Assembly (NCBI GenBank): GCA_020630095.1
Contig: JAHDCD010000004.1
Location: forward strand, 13,580 to 77,579
Length of the DNA stretch: 64,000 nt
Direction: 5' to 3'
Source of the DNA: Rickettsiales bacterium
Lineage (GTDB): Bacteria; Pseudomonadota; Alphaproteobacteria; Rickettsiales; UBA8987
The notes beneath the pieces are model-generated. The model ran no database searches. It saw only the letters and a program-made list of their open reading frames with translations, and was not told the origin of the DNA. Each line of letters opens with the position of its first letter. Positions within the stretch are counted from its first letter, which is position 1. This document shows positions 39,886 to 48,254 of the stretch, one piece after another. A program made the translations under genes and the position numbers.

Positions 39886-40419
39886 ATGAAGTGGAAGGAC
39901 TTACATACCTTAGGTTATGATCAATCAGGAAATATTAATATACCAGCCTTGCAGGATTCTTTACCTGATACGCCACTAGAAGTTCATGAAGATTTACTTT
40001 CTGGCTTTGGTAAAAACGATGATTTCCTTGAGTTATACGGTGATATTGACTTATCAAAAATTAAGTGGGAGAAGCATAAATTGAGAGCAAAAGAGCTTGT
40101 TGAATGTAGCTACTATAATAAATACTCCGACTGGCTTGAAGGTATGTCAGAGAGAATGGATAATTATAGCACTTTAGGATGGGATTGTTTACATCACACC
40201 GAAAAAGTTATGAATTATTGGAAAAACAATTCAACTTGGTATAGAAGACCCATCTTCTTTGATTTTGATCCTAGCAGTATATCTCAAGAAAAATGCCTTA
40301 GACTTTTAGAGGGGCATACTCGAATAGGTATTTTAAAGGGTGCATTAAAAAACAATATCTTAGACAAAAATAGTGAGCATGAAATATGGCTAGGTAAACT
40401 ACTGGGAGGACATAATTAA
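39886..40419 (+). CDS. small protein of unknown function (177 aa), possible ParB/Srx-like LLEGHTR motif
   Basis: The start abuts the methyltransferase stop (TAAATG). LRLLEGHTRIGIL faintly resembles the DGHHR motif of ParB-like domains. Confidence 0.45.
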   Translation: MKWKDLHTLGYDQSGNINIPALQDSLPDTPLEVHEDLLSGFGKNDDFLELYGDIDLSKIKWEKHKLRAKELVECSYYNKYSDWLEGMSERMDNYSTLGWDCLHHTEKVMNYWKNNSTWYRRPIFFDFDPSSISQEKCLRLLEGHTRIGILKGALKNNILDKNSEHEIWLGKLLGGHN

Positions 40420-41699
40420 TGACTAAATGGGAAGATAAACTGGGTAATTCAGGACTAATTGCAGAATTTGAAGAAATGGAGGGTTTGATACCTCAAGTTG
40501 AAGACATACTTGATGAAGATGACTTCACTGAGTTCCGAAGGTTTAAAAAGGTTTTTAAATATTGCAAAGAAATTATAGAACAAATAGACCCCGAATTGAT
40601 TCCTTCACAGTTTTATAGCTTATTTAATAAAAATAACGCTATTAACAACAGCTTAAGGCAATTTATATCTACAAAAAATTCATCAAATATAACAGCTGCT
40701 TCAAATGGCATTGATGTCTATTTAAATAATATTAATAATCTTGCTCCACTATTAAAGAGAACAGCAAATTTAAAGCCCTTAAAAGGTTTGGAAGAACTGA
40801 CTGATAAAGCTATTGAAAAACTCAAAGAAGAGGAAAAAAGTCTTAAAGAAAAGTTATCAAAGTTAGACTTGGAAATTAAAAATCGAAAAAAGCAAATCGA
40901 AACACTTGATCAATCTTTAGAGAGTAAAAAATCACAGATCGACAACTTTGTTAATGATTGGCAAGAAAAATTTGCTTCTTCACAAGAATCAAGATCAACT
41001 TCATTTAACGATGAGTTAAAAGATAAGGGTAAAAAATATGATGAATGGTATTCAAAAACTAGGGAAGAAGTTCAAAAGGAAATAGATAGTTTCTATAAAA
41101 GTAATTCTGAAAAATCAAAAGTTGAATACGATTCATTTAATGACAAAATTACAAAATTCATAGAAAGTGCTAATGGGAAGCATAATGAAATCATTAACTT
41201 ATACCAATTGGTTGCAAAGGATAGTGTCGCTGGTGGGCATGAATCTAATGCAGAAAAAGAAAAGAAGTCTGCTAATATTTGGAGATGGGGTGTAATTGGT
41301 TCGGTAGTTGTGATTGTAGTGTGGAATATGTTTTCGCATTTAGTTGGCTTTAGTATAACTAATGAGAAAAATGAATTAGATATCTATTCTCTTGTTAAAT
41401 CCTTAACAATTAATTTAGTAACATTTTTTGTAATTGGATATTCGTCAAAGCAATCGGCCATGCACAGAAAGAAAGAGCATGAGGCTAGAAAGTTTGCTCT
41501 TGAAACTCAGGCATTTGATCCATTTATCTCATCATTAGAGAAAACTGAACGAGATGAGCTTAAAGTTAAAATTACCGAACACCTTTTTAAGGCTAATGAT
41601 TCTGATAAAAATTTAGATATATCTAAAAATGATTTCGATATATCTGATAAAACTCTGACTAAAATTGTGGAATTAATAAAAGCATTTAAAGATAAATAA
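40419..41699 (+). CDS. coiled-coil protein with two C-proximal TM helices (426 aa)
   Basis: The start overlaps the upstream stop (TAATGA). Contains a long heptad-like region EEKSLKEKLSKLDLEIKNRKKQIETLDQSLESKKSQIDNF. The TM segments are IWRWGVIGSVVVIVVWNMFSHLV and LVKSLTINLVTFFVIGYS. Confidence 0.6.
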   Translation: MTKWEDKLGNSGLIAEFEEMEGLIPQVEDILDEDDFTEFRRFKKVFKYCKEIIEQIDPELIPSQFYSLFNKNNAINNSLRQFISTKNSSNITAASNGIDVYLNNINNLAPLLKRTANLKPLKGLEELTDKAIEKLKEEEKSLKEKLSKLDLEIKNRKKQIETLDQSLESKKSQIDNFVNDWQEKFASSQESRSTSFNDELKDKGKKYDEWYSKTREEVQKEIDSFYKSNSEKSKVEYDSFNDKITKFIESANGKHNEIINLYQLVAKDSVAGGHESNAEKEKKSANIWRWGVIGSVVVIVVWNMFSHLVGFSITNEKNELDIYSLVKSLTINLVTFFVIGYSSKQSAMHRKKEHEARKFALETQAFDPFISSLEKTERDELKVKITEHLFKANDSDKNLDISKNDFDISDKTLTKIVELIKAFKDK

Positions 41700-41703
41700 T
41701 AAT

Positions 41704-43626
41704 ATGCCAAATATAATAGATTTAAAATATGAGCAAACTGGTGCTAGTACGAAACATAATAAAATGGGTATGCGAGATATGCAGGCTCAGGCTTATGAAA
41801 AACGTGCAGCACAATATCTGCTAATCAAAGCTCCACCTGCATCAGGTAAGTCTAGGGCTTTAATGTTTTTGGGGTTGGATAAGCTTCATAATCAAGGCTT
41901 AAAGAAGGTGATAGTTGCTGTGCCTGAGAGGTCTATTGGCTCTTCATTTGCACCTACTGATTTATCTAGTTTTGGCTTCTTTACTGATTGGAACCCAAGC
42001 CCTGAATATAATTTATGTACTGCAGGAGATTCAACGAGCAAAGTTAAAAAATTCGTTCGTTTCCTTAATTCTGACGAGCAAATTCTTATATGCACACATG
42101 CAACGCTAAGATTTGCTTATGAGCAGCTTGAAGAGGAGCAGTTTAATGATTGCGTACTTGCAATTGATGAGTTCCATCATGTTTCATCTGATAATGAGTC
42201 TAGTCGCTTAGGTAATTTATTAGGTAATATTATGGCTAAATCTAATGCTCATGTTGTGGCAATGACAGGCTCATATTTTAGAGGCGATGGCGTTGCTGTT
42301 TTATCTCCTGATGATGAGGCTAATTTTGATAAGGTAACTTATAATTATTACGAACAGTTAAACGGCTATAGCTATCTTAAAACGCTTGGTATTGGCTATC
42401 ATTTTTATCAAGGGAAATATACATCTGCAATAAGTGAAGTGCTAGATACTGATAAGAAAACTATTATTCATATTCCAAGCCCTAATGCAGGTGAATCTAC
42501 TAAAGATAAATATGCGGAGGTTGATACTATAATAGGAATTATTGGAGAGGTTGAATCTGAAGATTTTGATACTGGTGTAATTAATGTTAAGCGTAAATCT
42601 GATGGTAAAATTATAAAGGTTGCTAATTTAGTTCATGAAGAAGGTAGAGAGCGAGTTCAAGAGTTTCTTCGTAATGTTAATTCTGTTGATGATATTGATA
42701 TTATAATTGCATTAGGAATGGCTAAGGAGGGCTTTGACTGGCCATATTGTGAGCATGCACTTACAGTAGGATATAGAGGCTCTTTAACAGAGGTTATTCA
42801 AATTATAGGTCGCTGTACAAGAGATTCGGATAATAAGAGCCATGCTCAATTTACTAATCTTATTATTGAACCAGATGCAGCTAGCGATGAAGTTAATGTT
42901 GCAGTTAATAATATGCTTAAAGCTATTACCTGCTCACTTTTAATGGAGCAGATTATGGCTCCAGTATTTAAGTTTAAGCCTAAATTATCCGATGATGAAA
43001 AATCAAAAGGTAATAATGTTCTTATCAAAGGTTTAAAAGTTCCGAGCTCTAAAAAAGTTAAAGATATTTTAGAGTCTGATTTAAATGATTTAAAAGCTAA
43101 AATTCTTCAAGATAAACAAGTTGAGGAATCTATATCGGGCGCTATTGAGCCTGAAATTATGAATAAGGTAGTTATTCCAAGAATTATTAGGGAGAAATAC
43201 CCAGACTTAGATAAAGAGCAGGTTGAAGAAATTAGGCAGCACGTGGTTGCTGATTCAGTTCTTAAAGGTGCGAAAATTGATAATAGTGGGGATCAAAGAT
43301 TCTTAATAATGTCTAGTAAGTTTATCAATATTGATGAGCTTGAAATTGATTTAATTGATAAGATAAACCCATTCCAAGATGCTTATGAAATTATGTCTAA
43401 GAATGTTGATAAGAAAACTCTAAAAGCAATCAAGGATCATATAGATTCTAATAGGTCTAGCATTACTGAGGAGGAAGCCCTTTATCTATGGCAAAATAAG
43501 ACCATTCAAACATTCGTAGAAAATAATGGCAGTGAACCTGACTTAAATGCTAACAATCCATTAGAAGTAAGAATGGCTGAGGCATTGGCTTATTTGCGAA
43601 ATATGAAGCGTCAGTTAGCAAGTTAG
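41704..43626 (+). CDS. SF2 DExH-box helicase (ResIII-like, 640 aa)
   Basis: Contains Walker A KAPPASGKSR, DExH box AIDEFHH, motif III MTGSYFRG and motif VI QIIGRCTRD. Confidence 0.85.
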   Translation: MPNIIDLKYEQTGASTKHNKMGMRDMQAQAYEKRAAQYLLIKAPPASGKSRALMFLGLDKLHNQGLKKVIVAVPERSIGSSFAPTDLSSFGFFTDWNPSPEYNLCTAGDSTSKVKKFVRFLNSDEQILICTHATLRFAYEQLEEEQFNDCVLAIDEFHHVSSDNESSRLGNLLGNIMAKSNAHVVAMTGSYFRGDGVAVLSPDDEANFDKVTYNYYEQLNGYSYLKTLGIGYHFYQGKYTSAISEVLDTDKKTIIHIPSPNAGESTKDKYAEVDTIIGIIGEVESEDFDTGVINVKRKSDGKIIKVANLVHEEGRERVQEFLRNVNSVDDIDIIIALGMAKEGFDWPYCEHALTVGYRGSLTEVIQIIGRCTRDSDNKSHAQFTNLIIEPDAASDEVNVAVNNMLKAITCSLLMEQIMAPVFKFKPKLSDDEKSKGNNVLIKGLKVPSSKKVKDILESDLNDLKAKILQDKQVEESISGAIEPEIMNKVVIPRIIREKYPDLDKEQVEEIRQHVVADSVLKGAKIDNSGDQRFLIMSSKFINIDELEIDLIDKINPFQDAYEIMSKNVDKKTLKAIKDHIDSNRSSITEEEALYLWQNKTIQTFVENNGSEPDLNANNPLEVRMAEALAYLRNMKRQLAS

Positions 43627-43629
43627 ATT

Positions 43630-44778
43630 ATGGATAAAGATGAATTATTAGATATTTTAGGAGATGACTCTTTAGGCTTACTTAATGTTAAGCCTAAAGC
43701 AAAAGCCGTTACTGCTGATGAAAGGCTTGTAGAAACTCTTGAGCAGATTAATGCCTTCTATGATGAAAATGGAAAGGAGCCAGAGTTAACTAGCGATTTA
43801 ACAGAAAGAAAGTTATTTAATCATTTAAAATCCATTAGAGAAAATGAACAGTTTATTGAGTCTTTATTGCCTCTGGATAAATTTTCTTTGCTAAAAAAAA
43901 CTAAAAAGAAATCCACTAATGAACTTTTAGATGATGATGAATTTGGATTGTTAGACTCAGCTTCGGATAGTATCTTCACTTTAAAGCATATTAAAAAAGT
44001 TGATAAAACTAGCCCAGATTACATAGCCCGCAGAAAACCCTGTAAAGACTTCACGCTATTCAATGAAAAGTTTATTAAATGTCATGAAGATATACAATCT
44101 GGCAACAGGAAGATACTAGATTTTAAAAGAGGTGAAGATATGCGTGTAGGCCATTTCTTCGTTTTGAAGGGAATGCTAGTTTATATAGATGAAATCAATA
44201 ATGTTAGAAAAGATGACCATGGAAAATTAGATGCCAGATTAAGAGCTATATTTGAAAATGGAACTGAATCAGACTTGCTTTTAAGGTCTTTAGCTAAAGA
44301 ATTATATAAAGATGGTAGAAGAGTTAGTGAAATTAAAGGCTCTGGTCTTGAAGAGTTAACTTCAGCTAATGAAGAAGAATTAACAGGTTATATCTATGTA
44401 CTTAAATCTTTAAGTAAGAAACCACAAATACAAGATTGCAAAAATTTATATAAAATAGGTTTTTGCACAACCTCAGTTGAAGATAGAATTAAGGGAGCAG
44501 AAACTGATCCGACTTACCTTATGGCACCAGTTGCAATAGTTGAAAAGGCAATTTGTTATGGTGCTAAAGCCAAGCAATTTGAAAGCTTGATTCACAGGTT
44601 TTTTGACTCTGCTAGGCTTGATATAGAAGTAACAGAAAATGATGGATACAAATATAAGCCTAACGAATGGTTTAATGTCCCTCTATCCGAAATTAATAAG
44701 GCTATCGACTTGTTAGATAATGGACAGATTATTAATTATAAATTCAATTCCAGTAAGGATTGTATAGAACTAATTTAA
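43630..44778 (+). CDS. T5orf172/Mug113 (GIY-YIG superfamily) domain protein (382 aa)
   Basis: The C-terminal GYIYVLKSLS...LYKIGFCTTSVEDRIKG...LIHRFFDSARL...NEWFNVPLSEINKAIDLL matches the T5orf172 pattern. Confidence 0.75.
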   Translation: MDKDELLDILGDDSLGLLNVKPKAKAVTADERLVETLEQINAFYDENGKEPELTSDLTERKLFNHLKSIRENEQFIESLLPLDKFSLLKKTKKKSTNELLDDDEFGLLDSASDSIFTLKHIKKVDKTSPDYIARRKPCKDFTLFNEKFIKCHEDIQSGNRKILDFKRGEDMRVGHFFVLKGMLVYIDEINNVRKDDHGKLDARLRAIFENGTESDLLLRSLAKELYKDGRRVSEIKGSGLEELTSANEEELTGYIYVLKSLSKKPQIQDCKNLYKIGFCTTSVEDRIKGAETDPTYLMAPVAIVEKAICYGAKAKQFESLIHRFFDSARLDIEVTENDGYKYKPNEWFNVPLSEINKAIDLLDNGQIINYKFNSSKDCIELI

Positions 44779-44970
44779 CTTTTTTACTTGCAAGTGCAAC
44801 CTAGTGTTGCTATAGTGCAACACTTATCAACTTTGTGCATTTAATAAAATGTGTTTAGTTATGCTTTTTTTAGATTAAATTGAAAAAAATTATAAAAGGC
44901 ACTTCCGAACTTATTTTTAATGTGTTTAAGCTGATATATTAACAGGTTAAGTTACTTAAGGAGGTGACGT

Positions 44971-45321
44971 ATGAATAATGTGGTATTAGTTAAAGATTAC
45001 TATCAGGATCATAGGTTTGATAATGAAGTGGTCATAAATCTTATAAATTCTCTAAAAAATCAATTGGAGAAATATATATTAACAGCAAACAAGGAGCTGA
45101 GGTCTAACAAGGATAAGGATTTGATAAATTCTTACTCAATATTTAGATTAGTAGCCAAAAAGGCAGTCTTTAACTGTAATAAGATAGCTCAAGCACCTAA
45201 TAGTTTTACAGCATGGCAGATAGTAAACGAAATTGAGATAATTTTGTCTGCAATGCCAGATTACTTTAAAGAGGAATTTGAAGATAAATATTATGAAGAG
45301 CTTTCAGCTTTAAGATACTAG
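44971..45321 (+). CDS. hypothetical protein (116 aa) with a strong Shine-Dalgarno sequence (AAGGAGGTGAcgtATG)
   Basis: ORF with a canonical RBS. No motif recognised. Confidence 0.5.
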   Translation: MNNVVLVKDYYQDHRFDNEVVINLINSLKNQLEKYILTANKELRSNKDKDLINSYSIFRLVAKKAVFNCNKIAQAPNSFTAWQIVNEIEIILSAMPDYFKEEFEDKYYEELSALRY

Positions 45322-45322
45322 A

Positions 45323-45610
45323 TTACATATCAAAGAAATAATTGGCATCTTTGTTAAAGATTTTACATAAGGCTCTTATCTCGACATCTCTGACAGCCCT
45401 TATACCGTTCTCTATTTTTGAGATACCTTTTTGATTGATGATAATATTAAAATCAATTTCTAAGGCTGCTGATAAATCTACTTGCATCATGCCTTTTTCT
45501 TTTCTGGCCTCGGCAACCTTTTTACCTATTGTATTTTCTTTGATTTTTGAAGCTGTCATGAAACGCAACTTATTGTTTAATTTCATATTATGCCTGATAA
45601 ATACTTGCAT
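45323..45610 (-). CDS. XRE-family HTH repressor (phage cI/Cro-like)
   Basis: IGKKVAEARKEKGMMQVDLSAAL...ISKIENG is an HTH_XRE pattern. Confidence 0.75.
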   Translation of the reverse strand: MQVFIRHNMKLNNKLRFMTASKIKENTIGKKVAEARKEKGMMQVDLSAALEIDFNIIINQKGISKIENGIRAVRDVEIRALCKIFNKDANYFFDM

Positions 45611-45758
45611 TTACCCCTTATAAGGACTAAGGTTAAAAAAAGAAAACAAAGCCAATTTATGATAGGAGTATTAAAAATATTCATATTATTTTTCATGATA
45701 ATGATATCCCCTTTGGCTTTACTAATTTGCTTAATATTTAACACGATATTTAACAAAA

Positions 45759-46001
45759 ATGAGTACACCAAGCCTTGAAGAATTGCAGCAAGAGTCAGCT
45801 ACACTTGGTAAAAAATTAAAGGTTTACTTAAACCAGTACGAGAAACTTACACCTAAGCAAAGGTCGAAATTATTTAGAGTAGGATTATCCAGTTTATTAA
45901 TAGGAAGAGAAATTTATGATAAATCTATTACAGATCTAGAAACAAGAACTGCTAATCGCTACCCTCTTGATTGTCGTATAAAGCTTGTTGAAGAAGAGTG
46001 A
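45759..46001 (+). CDS. hypothetical small protein divergent from the repressor
   Basis: ORF only. Its position suits a Cro/antirepressor-like gene. It overlaps the 3' end of 45952-46176 on the other strand. Confidence 0.35.
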   Translation: MSTPSLEELQQESATLGKKLKVYLNQYEKLTPKQRSKLFRVGLSSLLIGREIYDKSITDLETRTANRYPLDCRIKLVEEE

Positions 46002-46176
46002 TTTCTTGCTCTAACGCCTCCCATTCAGATTGAGTGGGATTGCGGTTCTCTTCTACCAACTGATTTAGTAAATCACGAGATTGGTTATATTTACTTAAAA
46101 GCTCTGGTGCTAATTTTAACCCTAGGGCAAGTAAATCTAAGATTTTTAAAAGTATTTGAATATGTGTTGGGTTCAT
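45952..46176 (-). CDS. hypothetical small phage protein (74 aa)
   Basis: Its start overlaps the upstream stop (ATGA-type coupling with 46173-46511). Confidence 0.45.
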   Translation of the reverse strand: MNPTHIQILLKILDLLALGLKLAPELLSKYNQSRDLLNQLVEENRNPTQSEWEALEQEITLLQQALYDNQEGSD

Positions 46177-46511
46177 TGCTTTATCTCCACTAAGTTAGAA
46201 AATTCAGATAATAAAACCTCAATAGAAGCTATTGTAAGTGAGAGTTTTGTGTCTAAGCCACCATTCCTATAGCTATCAGCTAAAGCAAAGCTGGAGCTAA
46301 CTTTACCATCTATCTGGCGTATCTTTGCTATATTATCTTCACAATCCGGTTGGAATTTTAGGAACTTGCAATTTTCTTTATAGGCAACTGCTAGTTCAAG
46401 GATATTTTTATAATCAGACTTTAAGGCAAAATAAGCCTGTTCAGTCGTTGTAGCTTTAAGCCCTACGCATGAGGTAAGGCTTAAAACTAGAATAATTGCT
46501 AATTTTTTCAT
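46173..46511 (-). CDS. phage lipoprotein (spanin-like position)
   Basis: The signal peptide has a lipobox (LSLTSC). The gene lies downstream of the holin-like gene and endolysin. Confidence 0.55.
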   Translation of the reverse strand: MKKLAIILVLSLTSCVGLKATTTEQAYFALKSDYKNILELAVAYKENCKFLKFQPDCEDNIAKIRQIDGKVSSSFALADSYRNGGLDTKLSLTIASIEVLLSEFSNLVEIKQ

Positions 46512-46705
46512 GAGTCTTTGAAGATTCGAGTTTTAGTAAAGGTACGAAGAATAATATTTATTACACAAACGATGGTAACAGCGATTGCCGTTTGTTGCTC
46601 TTCAGATACTTCAATTCCATATTTAGTTGCTAACCAAGCCGCAAGTAATGCCACAAGATTAAAGATAACGGTTTTAAAACCGCTCAATTCTTTATTAATT
46701 TTCAT
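46508..46705 (-). CDS. holin-like small membrane protein (65 aa, two hydrophobic helices)
   Basis: Contains the helices FKTVIFNLVALLAAWLA and AIAVTIVCVINIIL, and is adjacent to the endolysin. Confidence 0.55.
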   Translation of the reverse strand: MKINKELSGFKTVIFNLVALLAAWLATKYGIEVSEEQQTAIAVTIVCVINIILRTFTKTRIFKDS

Positions 46706-46734
46706 TAGATATAAGGTTTAGATTTAATACCGTG

Positions 46735-47163
46735 CTATGATAAAAACATATTGGCTTCAGCGGCTCTACGCCTGATTAAGCCTCTATTTGGCTTGCCTTG
46801 AACTTTGTGCCAACGAAGCATCTCGGCAGGCACTTTATCTTTCTTATTTTCGTTCAGCCTTTTAAGTAAGGTGCTACGCCTAAACGCACCGCTTCCTATG
46901 TTATAAACTAGTGAAACTAGGCTTGAATATTCAGCATCTGAAAGCTCAATTTTGACATTCTTCTTAACTGCATCTTCAGCTTTTTGAATATCTTGGCGCA
47001 AAAGTTCTTCAGCTTTATCACGGCCAATAACTTCGTAACCTTCGCCCTTCTTAATAAGGTGGCCATATCCAATAGTAGGCTTACCACCTACATCTAAATA
47101 TTTGTGACTTCGGAAACCTTCAAACTTTTTAATAAGCTCTATGCCATTATTAGTTATTTGCAT
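46735..47163 (-). CDS. endolysin, GH24 (T4-type) lysozyme
   Basis: IELIKKFEGFRSHKYLDVGGKPTIGYGH matches the E...D...T catalytic pattern. Confidence 0.88.
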   Translation of the reverse strand: MQITNNGIELIKKFEGFRSHKYLDVGGKPTIGYGHLIKKGEGYEVIGRDKAEELLRQDIQKAEDAVKKNVKIELSDAEYSSLVSLVYNIGSGAFRRSTLLKRLNENKKDKVPAEMLRWHKVQGKPNRGLIRRRAAEANMFLS

Positions 47164-47389
47164 CTAAAGCCTCCAGTTTTTCAATACGATATTCAACTTG
47201 ATTAAGGCGTTGCTCTAGCACTACCGCCTTAATTTTATGTTCATCAACGCTATCAAGTTGCTTTTCGATATGGTTAAGTTTTTCATCGAGGCGAGTTATC
47301 TTTTCGCCATAAGATGTTAGCGAATAGCCCACCCATGAAAGCAGAGCTATAATTACGGCGCCAACTACCGCTTGTATGAATTTTTCCAT
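47150..47389 (-). CDS. small membrane-anchored coiled-coil protein (79 aa)
   Basis: Has the N-terminal TM helix AVVGAVIIALLSWVGY followed by a coiled coil. It is part of the lysis cassette. Confidence 0.5.
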   Translation of the reverse strand: MEKFIQAVVGAVIIALLSWVGYSLTSYGEKITRLDEKLNHIEKQLDSVDEHKIKAVVLEQRLNQVEYRIEKLEALDANN

Positions 47390-47402
47390 TTTAATTTTAG
47401 AT

Positions 47403-48254
47403 TTAAGAAGATGAGATAGCTTGCCGTGTATCAGTTCTAAGCCAGTTAGAACCGTCAGAAAATGCCGTTATCGGCAGTCCATTTGCTCCGTTAGATACGA
47501 ATATTATTGAACCATAATAAGTTGAAGCATTTGGTACATTTGAAACATTATAAGATTGCCCTTTAGCAGGATTATTGAAATAGCAATCTTTCTTGAAATC
47601 TATATTGCCGTTATCTTTATTAACCTTGAAAGACTCAAACCAGTTTGAGCCATCAGATACTTTTAAGGTAAAGCTATTGTCAGCAATTAAGCCAAATTCT
47701 GCAAAGCCAGTAAAAGCCTTTTGGAATATGAAGGAAGCAGTGTTAGCATCAGCATTTTTATTGAGCTTAACTCGAATATCTGTGCCATTATGATTAAGTA
47801 ATACTGCATCTGAAGCTACAGCAAGTTTATTGATACTATCCGCACTAGTATTGATACCAAGCATAGGTAAAGTGCTGATTGTGCCACCGCCACCCGAACC
47901 ACCGGCTTCAACCCAGCTTGAGCCGTCATAGGCATATAAAGCATCTTCATCATTTACCCATATTACAAAACCTTCATTGGGAATAATAAAACGCCATGCC
48001 TGATAATACCAAGCAATCTGCCCTTCTTTGCCAGTCCAGTCGCCAGTTGCAGAAGTTCCTACAATATACATATCGCCATTGTTAGGCGATGATGGTGGTG
48101 AAGATAAGTCCTTATCCTTAACGCCAGAATTAAGCAGTGCATCAATTACAATAAGAGCTTCATTAACCGTTACTTCTTTTTGGCTTTGACTCTGTTCGAG
48201 TAAGTCGAATCCTAAATTAGTTACTTGTGCCATGTGCAGGATAACCTCTGCCAA
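47403..48254 (-). CDS. DUF2793-type tail fibre/receptor-binding-like protein
   Basis: The N-terminal EQSQSQKEVTVNEALIVIDALL motif, and the position right after the g15-like gene, match GTA-type clusters. Confidence 0.65.
   Translation of the reverse strand: MAEVILHMAQVTNLGFDLLEQSQSQKEVTVNEALIVIDALLNSGVKDKDLSSPPSSPNNGDMYIVGTSATGDWTGKEGQIAWYYQAWRFIIPNEGFVIWVNDEDALYAYDGSSWVEAGGSGGGGTISTLPMLGINTSADSINKLAVASDAVLLNHNGTDIRVKLNKNADANTASFIFQKAFTGFAEFGLIADNSFTLKVSDGSNWFESFKVNKDNGNIDFKKDCYFNNPAKGQSYNVSNVPNASTYYGSIIFVSNGANGLPITAFSDGSNWLRTDTRQAISSS

Larger units (their letters stand above)
36574..45321. other. tRNA-Lys-adjacent accessory island (defence-type cargo), contiguous with the prophage end
   Basis: It begins at the tRNA 3' end and is more AT-rich by eye than flanking housekeeping genes. 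Its content is methyltransferase/helicase/nuclease genes. No integrase or att repeat was seen in the window. Confidence 0.6.
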
